From Cenococcum geophilum (Eukaryota), in NCBI GenBank assembly GCA_050273025.1, contig CP158635.1:32240001-32304000 (forward strand): 64,000 nucleotides of DNA. Direction: 5' to 3'. This document shows, piece by piece, positions 12,438 through 26,144 of the stretch. Under the pieces are notes generated by a model. That model was not told where the DNA came from and searched no databases. It saw nothing but the letters and a program-made list of their open reading frames with translations. A program made the translations under genes and the position numbers. Within the stretch, counting starts at the first letter, position 1; each line of letters opens with the position of its first letter.

Positions 12438-13366
12438 ACGTCGCATAGCGTGCGGACAGGACCTGGTGGTGGTTGTGGGCGTTAAGGGCGGTGGTAAAAA
12501 TTTTTCGGATGGTGAGATCTTGAAAACCACTACTGTTGGCCCTCTATAATACGACGACTACTACACTGTTCTATCCAGGGCACCTATACAATCCAACATG
12601 GATGAGCGGTTTTTGATAACATCCCCAAAAAACCCCGATGGAAAGCATCAACGACCTTATATTGATGAATAGATAAGCGCGAATAAACGAACGAGTAAAT
12701 ATACGGCCCCTCCTAACCCCTAGGGCGATCGCCCGCGGAGCATGCGGTTACTTACCGTACTACCGTAATACTACTAAAAGGCAGCTGGATAACCCCGTAC
12801 GGTTTTCCTTGTCTCCTCTTGACGGAGTAGTGCCCTTAGAGAGGGCCTAGTGACTGGGGCCTAGGCACAAAAGATACCCAGATACACACACACATATCCC
12901 GCTTTCGTCTTTTAGTATTAGGATAGTAGAACGGATGAATCCCCCTTACGCCTTTAATAGGCCTTAGGGGGGGGGAGGTAAGGCGTATTAGTAATGGTCA
13001 ATAAGAGATAGTATATAGGGGGTGGTTAAGATACGGGACACAACTACAAGCGTATAGCAATCGATCAGCAAGGCCTAGCTAGGACGTAGTGAACCCTAGC
13101 TTTAGATAAGCTAGAGAAGGAAGCAGTGGTTCCTAAGGAGTTTAAAACATCCAAGGAGGAGGACGTAGCTGTAGGCCTGCAGGGCCGCACTACGTGCAAA
13201 CATGGCAATTTGGGGTTTTTTATCCGACTGAGGTGGCTTATAGGGTTTTTCCTTCCCCCAACTGCAGGGTTTTCTTCATGTAAACTATAAGTTTTCCCCC
13301 TGTGACGGAGTAGTCTGCGTGGGCCTAGATAGGATCCGTATCAGACATTAATCAAAGAGTTACTAC
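12353..13366 (+). mobile_element. 1014-bp non-autonomous non-LTR retroelement with a 5' HDV-like ribozyme
   Basis: 15-bp TSD TATATATTGTCTATA (12338-12352 / 13367-13381) and a 3' TACTAC tail after a LINE-type 3' end. It is far less RIP-affected than its host. Confidence 0.9.
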
Positions 13367-16067
13367 TATATATTGTCTATATATATAATCCATAATAGCG
13401 TATAGTGTACTAAGTGCTTTAGGTTAACTCTTAACTCGTCTTTATCTTTAAGTTTAAACCTTTATCGTGCTAATCTAAACGTTACGACTTTATTTATAGG
13501 TACTAAGACGCATCTCTCGCTTCTCTAGTCCTCTAATAGTTCCTCTAGATCCTTTAACGTTATAATTAAGGCTCCTTTAATATGCGTTATGGCCTTTTTT
13601 ATAATTAGGTAGTTCTAGATAACTCTTTTATCTAACTATATATAGAAATCTTCCTACTTATTATTATGCCTCTGCCTATACTACTTTTAGTACAGCTACT
13701 AGAGTATATACGGCTTGTCCGTAAGGAAGTATCTTCTTATTACTACGTTATAATAGCCTTTTATATATTATTCTTTAAACCTAGTAGGGATTCCTAGATC
13801 CTCTTTATCTTCTAGTTTAATAAGCTACTTAGCTCTTAGTATACCTGCCCTAGGCCTATTAGTAATTCTTTATACTAGCGCTCTGTCCCTTATACGTCCC
13901 AATATACTAGATCTCTTATTTAGTTTCTGTTCTTACTATACAATAATTCTCTATCTGAATTCTTCTATAGTTTCTTTTAGTTTACGTCTTACGCTTAGAT
14001 CCTTAAAGTCTTCTTACTTCTTAATCTTAGTATTAACTTTTTAATCTTTAGGCTAAACACTACGTTCCTCTAGTAAGTCTTCTAGGTTTATATACTTGTC
14101 TCCTAGTCTAATTGCTATTTATACTATAAATTCTTTAATTTATAAAGAAGCCTCTTACCTCTTATTTATAGGTGTTCTTATTTATACCCCAAATTCTTAG
14201 CCCTATAGGATTCTTAATCCTAAGCTCGCTTCTATTTTAAGCTTTACTCTAGCCTTAGTCTAATTAGGCTTTACTAGTGTTCTTATCTTATCTTAAGAGT
14301 CTTAAATCTTACTTATCTTATCTTAAGAATCTTATACTTTTAGGAAACTTCGTCCTAAGCTTATTTATATATTACTAAACTATTTACTAAACTAAGCCGT
14401 TACTCTGCTCTATCGGTTATCGTCTATTGTAGGTCTTTAAGCTTACCTTATCTCGTCTTAAGAATCTTAGTTATCTCGCATCTTATCCTAAGAATCTTAA
14501 GCTTGTGGCCTTTTGCCTTTATTAAGTGCCGAAGTGGTTTACTGTCCTACTTCTCTTGCGTTTTATAAAGCGATAGACATTATATCTAGTGGGGTCTTAA
14601 TCCCTACTAATATTTCTTGCTCTATGGCGGAATCATCCTCTACCTTTAGTATAATATCTCCGAGGTCTGCTTATTCCTAGTAAACGGCCTTTATCGCCTT
14701 ATTATTATAAAATATTTCGCCTACGTTAAAATTATTATCCTTAATATCTGATCTGCGAACTGGTTCGTTGGTTCCCCTGTATTCTATAGATGCTAGCTCT
14801 TATAGCTAATAGCTTACACCATACTTAGCGTCCTTATAAATTCGGTATTTGTTATTATAACAAAACGCAAAACTTTTAATTAAATATTCTTTTGTTCCTT
14901 ATAATATATTATTATCCCTTTATACGTGTATATCGTCTGCTAGCCTCGTACCTTTTACTATATAGTAACTCTACCCACTTTTATAGTCTCTAATATAATA
15001 ACCTTATTTTCCGTAATTTATATAAGCTCCCTTTTTAAACTATTTTTCTTGCTATGGAGTCCGCCTAAATGTCTTCTACTATTAAGATCCCTGGTTTGGC
15101 CTTTACTCCTTAGACCTTTAATTACTTAATTTTTATCCTCTAGGTTTCTATAATTTCTTATTCTATTTCCTAGATTCTTTAGTACTACTTAGGTTTATTA
15201 GCTCTACGCTATACCATAGTTTCTAACTTAGCTTTAGTTATTATATGCTCTGCGCCTTATATAACTATAGAACTCTATCCTAGCCTCTCTTAGCCTATTC
15301 CCTTTAGTAGATCTAATTATTAATCTTAATCGCTTAATCTATTAGTTCCCTTAGGGTGTCCGTATCTTCTATTAGGATAATTACGTCCTAGACTTTAGCC
15401 TTAAGTCCTTACTTATACTGTGCTATAAGCGCCTTATTATTCTACTTTACTTATATTACTAATGTCTAGAACTACGTTATATACTTAATTACTAAAGTTC
15501 GTTATATAATGTCTTAGAGTTTTCTTTCCGCTATAGTTATTAATTCCGGGTCTCTAAATATCTGTATAAGTTGTTCTGTAAACCCTTCCTAGCTTAAGAA
15601 TATAAACCGTATATCTTAATTAGTGGTCGTTATACCATTCGCTTATATCTCCATAAGGTAAAACTTAAACTATTTAAGTGCCCTCCCTAATAGGAATAGT
15701 CCCGTATACGCTATTTAATCTATAGGTATTAGTAGCTTTGCCCCTTCCTATATAACTTTAAAGTACATTTATATAAGAAATCCTTTAAGTTTTAATCTCT
15801 CCCCCGTATACCGCTTAATTAATAGTAGCTTAATCTTTACTGCTCTAATCCCGTTAATCCTATTTTCTAATATTATATTATTTTCTGTTAGCTAGTTAAC
15901 CATTTTTTATAGTTATTTAACCGTTACTAGTTGCTGTAAGTTAGTGTCTATTATACTAGTGTCGTTACCTAATCTTAAAGTAGTTACCGCCGTTAATGGC
16001 GTTGTGGCTAGTGCTTTTAGTAGTATATTATTTAACTTTGTTAATACTATAACCTTAGTAGTAAATG

Positions 16068-16489
16068 TATAACGAAGCCTTATAGTAGAAACTACGGTGG
16101 ACTTATTAATGGGCTGGGTATATAAATAAATAAGAAGTTAATAACGTAATAATAACTAGTGGAGTGGTTGCCTAATAGATTAACTCTAATTATATTCTAA
16201 GATTTACTATAAAGGAGAGAACTATTCTAGGTAAGGACTGTGGTCCTTTAAATACACAACCGTACTCCTAAGAAATCCCCTTAGTATATAAGGTACGTGT
16301 GCTCTATCTACTCTATTATAGATCCCGCGGATTATATAGATTATATAGATTACGTTATATGACCTCGGTTACTATTCCTTATTATATAGCTCTACCGGCT
16401 CTATCCTAGACCGTGCCTAAATTAACTAACTAGCTTCTTTTGACTTTTCTCTAAGTAGTTATAACATTATACTTAAAGCGTCCGTAATA
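16068..16489 (-). repeat. 5' LTR of Gypsy element 1
   Basis: Direct repeat of 7543-7964 with RIP-converted TA...TA ends. Confidence 0.95.
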
Positions 16490-17330
16490 AGTAGTAACTT
16501 AGGAGTTTAAGCTAGGAGGCGAGAGTAATGCTATAAGTACGGCCTCAGTTATACTATTTTTTGCTATTTCGCTAAGAGCTATAATAAGTGTGCCCTCTAA
16601 CTGTATTACGAGGTTTTTATATCTCTATGGCGATATATAGATGTTCTTTTTAGGCGGACTGTTAATATTAAGCTCTATATAGGCTTGTAGTTCCTCCTAT
16701 AGCTTACCTAGGGCTATATATAGGTTTCCGCTTATTAGATATAAGACTTAAACCACCCTAACTATTAACCTACCCGTTAAGCCTATGGATTAAATTTTAA
16801 TCTTAATATCTCCTATATTAATTGCGTTGTTTACCGCTAAAGTTACTAGCTAAGGCGAAGGGATACTATATAGTGGGGTTATGGTAATATCTATAGGCTA
16901 TATTGTATATAGCAGCTAAGATAGCGTTGTTTTATTTTATACTTTAGTCTTTAGGGGTAATATATATTTACGTAGAGCGTACCTACTTTTAGAGGTACTT
17001 AGTACCTTCCTTACGCGATTAGAATAAGCACTTCCTATAATTTTTAGGATTACCTACAGTTTTTAATCTAGTAGAGTATTAGTAAATTACGGGAGTTACT
17101 TATAAAACTCCTTAATATGCCCTTCTTTTATTATTATAGAGTTGCCGCAATATATTACGTACTTAGGCTTAACTTTAATTACAATATCTTTAACTGTCTC
17201 TTTTAGTCTATTATAGTTTTCGATACTTATTCTAAAGCCTTAGGCAATATCTATATTTTTAGTTAGCTTTAGGTTTGCCTTATACTATATATCCGGCTTT
17301 GCCTATATTTACGTTATTATTAAGTTGCTT
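16490..17330 (-). pseudogene. Probable N-terminal part of the SNF2 cargo gene
   Basis: A coding-like frame that joins the 7542 segment once Gypsy 1 and one TSD copy are removed. No recognised domain; start approximate. Confidence 0.5.
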
Positions 17331-17481
17331 ATTTGGTTAGGTATATATAATATTATAGCATATATTAAGTAGAAGGTAACTATTAAAGTAAAAGGGCTTT
17401 ATATGGTAGCTAGCTAGCGCTATACTAGTATAACTTTAGTATTAGATATAGTTAGAGGTTAGTTATAGAAGAGATAAAAGG

Positions 17482-20400
17482 TGTTACGGCACTGACCTAA
17501 CGCATACTGTTTCATACTATCTCGTACTGTTTCCTACTATTAGCTAGCCCACTACTAGCGACTTGGTGGCCGGCCCTACTATTTATATATAATACCCCCC
17601 CACCTTCTTCTCCTCTTTATACTATAACGTAGTTATTTAGTCTACTTTATTGCAGCACTATAACAGTTTATGGTATCTTTAATTTACGCCCCGTTGCAAT
17701 TACTAATTTCCTATACCCTAGCCAATTGACCTCCGCCATAGAGCAATCGCGACCTATGCGCGCCCCTGCTGAAACCAATACGTCCCCAGCACAGTTCTAG
17801 AACGATCCTTAGTTTTTACCTAGCGCCTAGATGGGCGACACTAATGACGCCGAAATAGCCGAAACCTAGAACCCCCGCGACGTTTTTGTAGACCTCTTTA
17901 TAGAGATATACCCTAATATCGCGTAGATAATCCGCCGCTCCCTACTATACCCTAAAACCTTTAAGCCTAGTAAAGCTTACCTTACCTTATTAACTATACT
18001 AATAAGTTCCTTAGTAATATTAAAGTAGGACTATAGTGCATATATAATACAAACACCGCTAATAAGAAAGCTAACGAAAACCTTAGTGCCCTTATCGCTT
18101 TCTAGATAGGAACTATTAACTCCTAAGTAAAGACTATCACCGTTCTAAAATAATTAACCCCTATAATAACGGTAGTAACCTAGCAGAAAAAACGGAGATC
18201 TAAAGACCCGCTAATATTTAGCGGAAAGGGTACCCTACTAGAATAATAAGCTAATTTTAAGACCTGGCACATTAAAATTAAGGGAGTCTTTAACTAGGAC
18301 TGGGACTACTTTAATATAGTTTAGTCCCAGATCCTTTATATCTTAGATATGCTAGAGGATAAGGCCTATAAGTTTATTAAGTAGGGCCTAGAGCTTATAT
18401 ATAAGAACCTAAATAATATATCTGTATAGAAATGGCCTACTAAAAAAGATATGCTTAAAGACCTTACTGCCTACTATAAGGTCCTTAACATAACCTAGGT
18501 CGCAAAGAATAAGCTTAACTATTTCCCCTAGGGCGAGCGTAATTACTAGTCCTAGAAGGGAGAGCTTAATAAGCTAATGGTCTGCGCTAAGAAAATAAAT
18601 AAACAGAAGGTGGACCTACTCTAAAAGTTTATCTCTCTAAAGATGGAAGAGCTGGTACTTAGACTTACCTATAAAATTAATAATAGCGACTATACAGGTT
18701 AGAGTAAGTAGATAGATATATTTGCTAAGAACCTCGCGAACTATACATACCGAGCCAACCTTAAGAAGAACGCTAACCACCGCCTACCTGCCTAAGCCTC
18801 TACCCCTATATTAACCCTAACCCTAGTAGTAACTAGAAAACCTATAAACCTTAATAGAATCTTAGACACGGAGTGTAAGCGCCGCGTTAATAATAGACTG
18901 TGCCTTGCCTATAGCCTGCCTAACCACTAAAAAAATACCTATAACCCCGCTAAGATAGCAAACCTAGTCCTAATACTACCCTGTTAAATGATATAAACTA
19001 ATAACCGCGGATATAGCAACTGTGGAGTCTATTATAGACGCAGTAACCGCGGAGCCTATTATAGCCGCGGCGGACGACCCCCCCTTTAACCTTACGGCTT
19101 AGTTATTCCAAACTATACCCTATATAGGAGCCCAACCCGTTAACAACGCCTAGTATTAGTAACTTCGCGCTAACGAATACGAACACGGCCATGTCGTTAA
19201 TAAGGTATTATTTTCTTATACCCTAACTAAAACTAAGACTAATACCGCCAGCTAGACGGACACTAGACTGCCCTATTAAGACAGCCTTATACCCTAGTTG
19301 TTAAAAGGCAAACCCTTAGACTAAGTCGCGTTTAAGGGTCTAAACCATATAAGGAGGAAGACGAGAAGATTAGGTCCCTATTACTAGATTAATTAGTCCT
19401 TTTTATTAGTAAACTGCTACTTAATTTTAAATTAGTAAATAGTAATAAGAAATTAATCCTTATTTAAACCCAACTCTCCTTATTATATAACCTATACCCC
19501 CAAGTTTATATTAATATAGTAAGCCTAGTAGACTCCGGTAGTACTATAATAGCATTTACTAATGCAGAGTCTATTATAAGAAAGTATAACGTTATAATTA
19601 AGAAGCTGCTAGCACCTAGGCCACTACGCCTCGCAAATAGCATCCCAACTTCGCTTATTACGGACTATTTCACCGCCTAAATATTAATTAGCCTCCATAC
19701 TAAAGCTATGCTCTTTTTTATTACTAAACTCTCGCCCACTACCCTAATTATCCTAGGCATGCCCTAGCTTTAGAAGCACGAGCCCTATCCCAGCTTTAGG
19801 AAACTTAAAATCCGCTTTAACTCAGACTACTACTCTAGGCACTGCCTCCTATAGGGAATAACCGACGCTAGCAGGGACGCCCTATATGGATACTTAGTAC
19901 TACTAAGCCTAGTGCCTAGGACTATATATAAAGCCCTAATAGTAGAAGACGCCCTTAATAAAGGGGAGCCTATATAGCTGCAAAGAAACAAGACAGTAAA
20001 AGACTAGACCACCCTAGTACTTAAGACCAAAATAATGGGCTAGCTAGCCCTGCCGAGACCAAGGAAGAAGGTCCGCTTTGCACCACTACCACTAAAAATC
20101 TAACCCTAACCTAGGCACCATTTAAACCCTAGCCGCCTAGCCTAACACCTAAAACTAAGCTATATACTATATACGCACACTACAGCTCGCGTTATAGTAA
20201 GGACTAGCTATAGAACTACTAAGACCTAGATAATAGAAACCGCGCCATTATAACGCCTAACCTTATACCTATCTCCCGCGCGTACTATATAGGGCTACTA
20301 CCTTATTTACGCCCCCCTAGGCCGACTAAACCGTGCTAGCCTAGCTGTAGCACTAGAGAACCAAATACGCCCTAACCTGGACGATATTAAATGCACTTAT

Positions 20401-23400
20401 ACTATTAATTTTACCTAGTTCTGTAAATAAAAAGACGTAAAGGTAATAAGGATCTATATAGCGGAGCTAGTAGAACTAGTTAAATAAGATAAGCACCAAC
20501 AGCTACTTAAAGAGTTACCTATAGGCCTAATAGAAGTACCGAACCTATTAGAAAGGTCTTTCCGCTAGCTAGTAGAAGGCGACTATACGATAAAGGAAGC
20601 CTATAAAGTGCTCCCCCCCTATTTTTATAACTTCCTTAAGATAAATCTAAAAACTAAACCGGAGCTTTTACGTTGGAAGATAGTTAATACTAATATTAAA
20701 AATTCTTAAAAAGCAAACTAGGATTAACCCGTAAAGACATTCTATAACGCCTACTAAAGGAGTTTAGTAAATATATTAAGTACTTTCTCCCTAAAAACGT
20801 AGATAAGCTACCCCCTTACCGACTATAGGACTATAAAATTAAGATTACCCCTGGAAACTAGGCCCTATACTATAAAAATAGACCACTCTTACCTGCTAAA
20901 CTTAGGTGTGTAAAGAAGTAGATTAATAAGATACTGGATAAGGGTTTTATCTATAAATTAACCTTACTAGCTACCGTACTACTCCTCCTCATTGCTAAGC
21001 CTGGCGGCAGTATATAAATCTACTATAACTACTAAGGCCTAAACACAGTCACTATTAAGAATTAATACCCACTGCTACTAATCCACAAGACACTTAACGC
21101 ACTTTATAGTACTAAGTACTTTACTAAACTTAATATAATTGCTGCGTTTAACTGGATCCGGATTACAGAGGGCTATAAATGGCTTATAGCATTTATTACC
21201 CGGTTCGGACTCTATAAGATACTAATTACACTATTTAGCCTCTATAACGCACCCACTACGTTCTAAAACTATATTAATTATATTTTATACAACGCCCTTA
21301 ATGACTACTATACTGCCTACCTTAATAACGTCCTTATTTTTTCTAAAACACGCGCCAAACACACTAAGTATGTAAATGAAATTATCTAAAGACTTAGCAA
21401 TGCTAGACTTTAGATTAATATTAATAAGTTTAAATTCTACTCTACTAAAACAAAATACCTCGGTTTAATTATCTTAACTAATAGTATAACTATAGACCCT
21501 AAGAAGGTACAGGCCTTACAGGAATAAAAGGACCCGATATTAATTAAAGAACTATAACAATTTCTTAGCTTCGCGAACTTCTACTAATGATTTATCTAAG
21601 GCTACTCTGCTATCGCTATACCTATAACAAAACTCCTAAAGAAGGATATTAGATGGCTATGGGGACTAAAATAAGCTAAATCGTTTAAGGCCCTTAAGGG
21701 AGCCTTTACTTTAGCACTAGTACTAGTATACTATAACTATATAAAGAAAATAGTGGTAGAGACAGACGCATTAAATTAGGCTTTTAGCGAAGTCCTTTCC
21801 CAGTATAATAACGACGAAAAATTAAGACCGGTCGCATTTTTCTCCGTAAAGTACTCTACGCTAGAGTATAACTATAAGATCTATAATAAAGAACTCTTAG
21901 CTATTATTAAGGCTTTAGAGGAATGGCGTCCTAAGCTATAAGGAACTGAGAAGCCGTTTAAAATTATTACCGACTATAAGAACCTATAGACGTTTATAAC
22001 TACTAAGCAGCTAAACTAGCGCCAAGTCTAGTAGGCAGAGTTCCTTTTATAGTTTAACTTTATAATTATATATAGACCTAGTAGTAAAGCCACGCTCCTT
22101 AACGCCCTAAGCTAGCTACTAGGAATAAGGCCTAAGGACGCTAATAATAAACGCCTTCGCTACCGAGCCTAAGTCGTTATACCGCCCTAGAAAGTTAACC
22201 CTATAATCTTAGAAGAATTACTATATAAGTCCTATAACTCTAACAACACGGAGTTTATAGCCACTCTAGACCCTAAAATAGCTAAAAAGTCACTAGACGA
22301 GTTAATTTAGCTAGGATACTAGGAGAACAAACTTATAAGAGATATAGTGGCAGCCCTACGTAATTAGAAAGCTCGCTATTAGCTAAAGAAGATTAGGAAA
22401 TTACTCTATTGCAATAAGTTAGAATACAGTATTATTAATAGGTAGATCTACTTCTACTAACGTCTCTTCGTCCCTAACGCCCTAGACCTCCGCCTAGAAG
22501 TTACCTATTGCTCTTATAGTAGCGGCCCCGCTAGTTACCCTAGCCGAGTTAAGACTCTTAATCTCTTAAACTAAATATATTAGTGGCTAGGAATCTCCTA
22601 GTTTACAGCTACCTTTGTTAAAGACTATACCCTATACTTTTATACTAAAACCCCCCGTTCTGCCCTACTTAGTTTCCTAAAGCTACTAGAATTACCCGCT
22701 CGCCCGTAGACCGATATTTTAATTAACTATATTATAACGCTGCTAGTATACTAATGCTACGGTAAGGCATATAAATATATCCTTATTATTATAGACCGCC
22801 TAACTAAAATATAATACCTTATTCTAGTAACAGGACTCTTAACAGAGGAGCTAGTTAATGGCTTTGTTAACAATATATATAAGCTCTACGGTGCACTAAG
22901 CACGATTATTTCTAATTACGGTATATAATTTATTAGCAACTTCTGGCAACGACTAAGTAAACGCCTTAAGACAACCTTATAATTAAGCTTAGCCTAGTAC
23001 CTAAAAACGGATGGCTAAACTAAAATTATTAACGCTACCGTAAATAAATACTTCTATGCTTTTGTTAGCTTTATATAGAATAACTAGGTTAACTACCTAC
23101 CGCTTACTAAGTTTACTATAAATAACTAAGTTAACGAGAGTATAGGTATCTCCCCGTTTTTTATAAACTATAGCTTTAACCCTCGCCTTAGAATTAAACC
23201 TACTAGCCTCTACCTATTAACACTATTAGTATAAGTAAAGAAGGAGTTCTTCCGCGTAGACTTTATGGCCAACCGCTTTAAGCGGATACTAATATAGCTT
23301 AAGGCCCTAGCCCGGATTTTACAGTAACGCTATAAAGATAATGCTAATACCTATAGAGATAAGAGCGCGTTATTCTACGAAGGCAATATAGTTATAGTTA

Positions 23401-24389
23401 GCTTAGAAAATATAAAGATAAATAGACCTAAGAAGAAATAGGACAATAAATGGGACGGCCAGTACCCCATACTCGTAGTATACTAAGAGGTAGTTATAGT
23501 AGACCTCCCAGACTATATCCGAGTAAATAAATCCTTTTATATATTTAAGGTCAGCCTCTAGGCTGCTAAGGAGATCCCTAGCTAAGCAAATATTAATACC
23601 GTAGAGCGCCGTAATATATAAGGACGAGTAGTAGAGAGAGATAATAACGGCAATATAGAAGATAAATAGGAATTTAAGAAAATCCTTAATATATATAACA
23701 AAGACCCCTAGGGCCTAACTTATAAGATTAAATGGAAATATTATAAGGATATAACCTAGCAGTTAGAGGAAGACCTAAAGGGTTATAAATAAGCTGTATA
23801 GCGCTTTTATAAGCAATACCCTAAGAAGCTAGGACCCCCAGACTGGGTAGGAGATAAGGAAAAGTTACGCTAAGGTCGCGGCCGACCACTATATTAAAAT
23901 TTGTGGTGGTTAAGATATTATAGAACTTTAACCGGCTGTTAAAGTTGTCTAATTAGCCAAATTCTTGCTAAGAAACGCTACACGGATTAATTTAGGTGGC
24001 GGTGTAGAGTTCTACCAACCTTACTTACTAAACTAACTAATTAGGATTTTCTATACCCGGCATGGAAAATCGCTATTAGCTTAGTTAAGGGCGGTAAGCG
24101 GAACTAATATCTTTGCGGTAAAAAATAGGCAACCCCGTATACTGCCTATTTTTAAATTATCTATTTAGTTTAGGGACTAAACTATTTAGGGGAGAGGAGT
24201 ACTATTACGGCACTGACCTAACATATACTGTTTTATACTGTCTTATACTGTTTCCTACTATTGGCTAGCCCACCACTAGCGACTTAGCGGCCGGCCCTAC
24301 TATTTATATATAATACCCCCTTTCTACCTTCTTCCCCTCTTTATACTATAACGTAGTTATTTAGTTTACTTTATTGCAGCACTGTAACA
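17482..24389 (+). mobile_element. Ty3/Gypsy chromovirus LTR retrotransposon 2, RIP-mutated
   Basis: ~185-bp LTRs at 17482-17665 and 24203-24389, TSD AAAGG/GAAGG, and PPT AGGGGAGAGGAG before the 3' LTR. Confidence 0.95.
17832..23897 (+). pseudogene. gag-pol of Gypsy 2
   Basis: Gag knuckle LCLA(C)...(H) at ~18900, protease LVDSGST at ~19525, and RT AYL(DD)VLIFS at ~21317. RNase H VETDA is at ~21755 with NY(E)IY(D)KELLAII, integrase (H)P.TDG(Q)TE at ~23000, and chromodomain (W)EFKKIL...YKIKW at ~23670-23760. Confidence 0.92.
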
Positions 24390-24714
24390 GAAGGTAGGGT
24401 AAGTAAAGTTAATTAAGAAGAGGTAAAGAGGTAAATCTTATAATTGCCTGTACGTGCCTATATAGAGGTAAAATTGGCTATAGTTTACTACTACTAATTA
24501 AAGTAAATATAGCTAGACTTAGTACTATATAGTTAAATAAGGGTATAATTATATAACTTATAGGGACTACCCTACCTAGCCTATTTAGGGCTAGGTAATA
24601 GTTTAGTACTGCTAAACTCTTATAGTTTTTAATATAAGCGATTTATTAAGTGCCTATAAAGGGGTAACTAGTTATTATAGTATAATAGAATATAGGAAGT
24701 TGTGGGCGTTATTA

Positions 24715-25030
24715 TATTTCTTATTATTATATAGAGTTAGTATATATACGCGCCGCTAAAGTTAGAGGGCTAGCCTATATCTATATATGCGGGCTCTATT
24801 ACTATAAAGTGTTTACTATATAATAGGTAGTATTTCTAGTAAATAGTAACGTATTATACTTATTATAGGCGTTACTATATTTCTTATTATTATATAAAGT
24901 TAGTAGATATACGCGCTACTAGAGTTAAAGGGCTAGCCTACGTCTATACGTGCGGACTCTATTACTATAAAGTACTTAGTATATAATAGGTAGTACTTCT
25001 AGTAGACAGCGATATATTACACTTACTTTA
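24715..25030. repeat. Tandem duplication of ~163 bp between the divergent cargo genes
   Basis: TATTTCTTATTATTATATA..GTTAGTA.ATATACGCGC... begins at ~24715 and again at ~24878. Confidence 0.85.
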
Positions 25031-26144
25031 TAATTACTAGTATTATTATTACACTATATAGCACTTAAGGGCCTACTAGATAAGTTTATTTGGAATAATA
25101 ATTATCTAGTATATAGGATTTATGTCTATATATAAATATCTAGTATTTATTTAAACGTATATCTACTATAAAAGGTAATAAGAGGTTTTATATCTTATAT
25201 TATAAGTTTATATAATTAATAGCATTTTACGGTATTTTATAGCATTTTAGGGCATTTTAGGATAGTAGATATATTATATATACTAGCATTTAGCCGCTTA
25301 GTAACGTTAACTTATCTTACTATTTATCTATTTAGTGTTATATAAAAGGTTAGTATTCTACTATAGTATTTATTATATTAGAGTCTCTTAAATTTAATAT
25401 CTTTATTTTAGATCTATCTAAAACTATATATAGTTTTATAATATCCCGCTCCCCACCTAGGACTCTAGTAAGAGATTATTTAGTTAATAATACCTTTTCT
25501 TTTACTAATTAAGGGAGGAAAAGACTTATACTTTCTAGTAGTGGTAGGCTATACTTATTAGTAACATTTTTAATAGATTATGGTATTTAAGTTTCCATTT
25601 ACCTATAACGTAATTAGCCTGCCTATAGTAAAATACTTTTACTTTACTACTTACTTCTCTTTTCCCTTACCCTTCTATATATCTATATACTCGTATTATA
25701 AACTATAAAAGCTTAATAGTGCTAGACTATCGCCTGGCCTATATTAAAAGATAGGCTAGGTAGGGTAGTCCCTATAATTTATACTATACCGCATCTTCCT
25801 CTATAGGTTAGTTTCGTCACTATAGATTTACCCTTATACGCGTTTAACCTATAGAGTGCATAACCGTATACTTTACCGCTAAGGCCTTACTTATATAATT
25901 TTATTAGGGCGCGCCTTATTTCCTTACCTTTACTAGTTAACCTAACTCTACTAACTACTTACTCTTACTCCTACCCTACTAGTATCCACCTTTATAACTA
26001 GTGCCTTTATAGATCTATCTAAGCTATAAAGCCTTATAACGTAGTAAGTTAACTACCTTATCTTTGGCCTTAGCTATATAATAGAGAATCTATATTTATT
26101 AATACGTTTATATAAACCACCGCTTAATATAGCCTGCTACTAAA

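Larger units (their letters stand above)
11960..16030 (-). pseudogene. gag and long gag-protease spacer of Gypsy 1 (interrupted by 12353-13366)
   Basis: CCHC knuckle GA(C)IN(C)GK(Q)G(H)YIRD(C) at ~15030-14985, and repeated H..L.W..C....C..H-like motifs at ~14870 and ~13400/12330. Confidence 0.75.
7543..16489 (-). mobile_element. Ty3/Gypsy chromovirus LTR retrotransposon 1, RIP-mutated
   Basis: 422-bp LTRs at 7543-7964 and 16068-16489, TSD AGTAA/AGTAG, and a polypurine tract at ~7965-7980 on the minus strand. Confidence 0.95.

Noticed and set aside
12328..12549. 73-aa ORF at the GC-rich island
   Set aside because: It crosses the insertion junction, and the sequence is better explained as a structured RNA.
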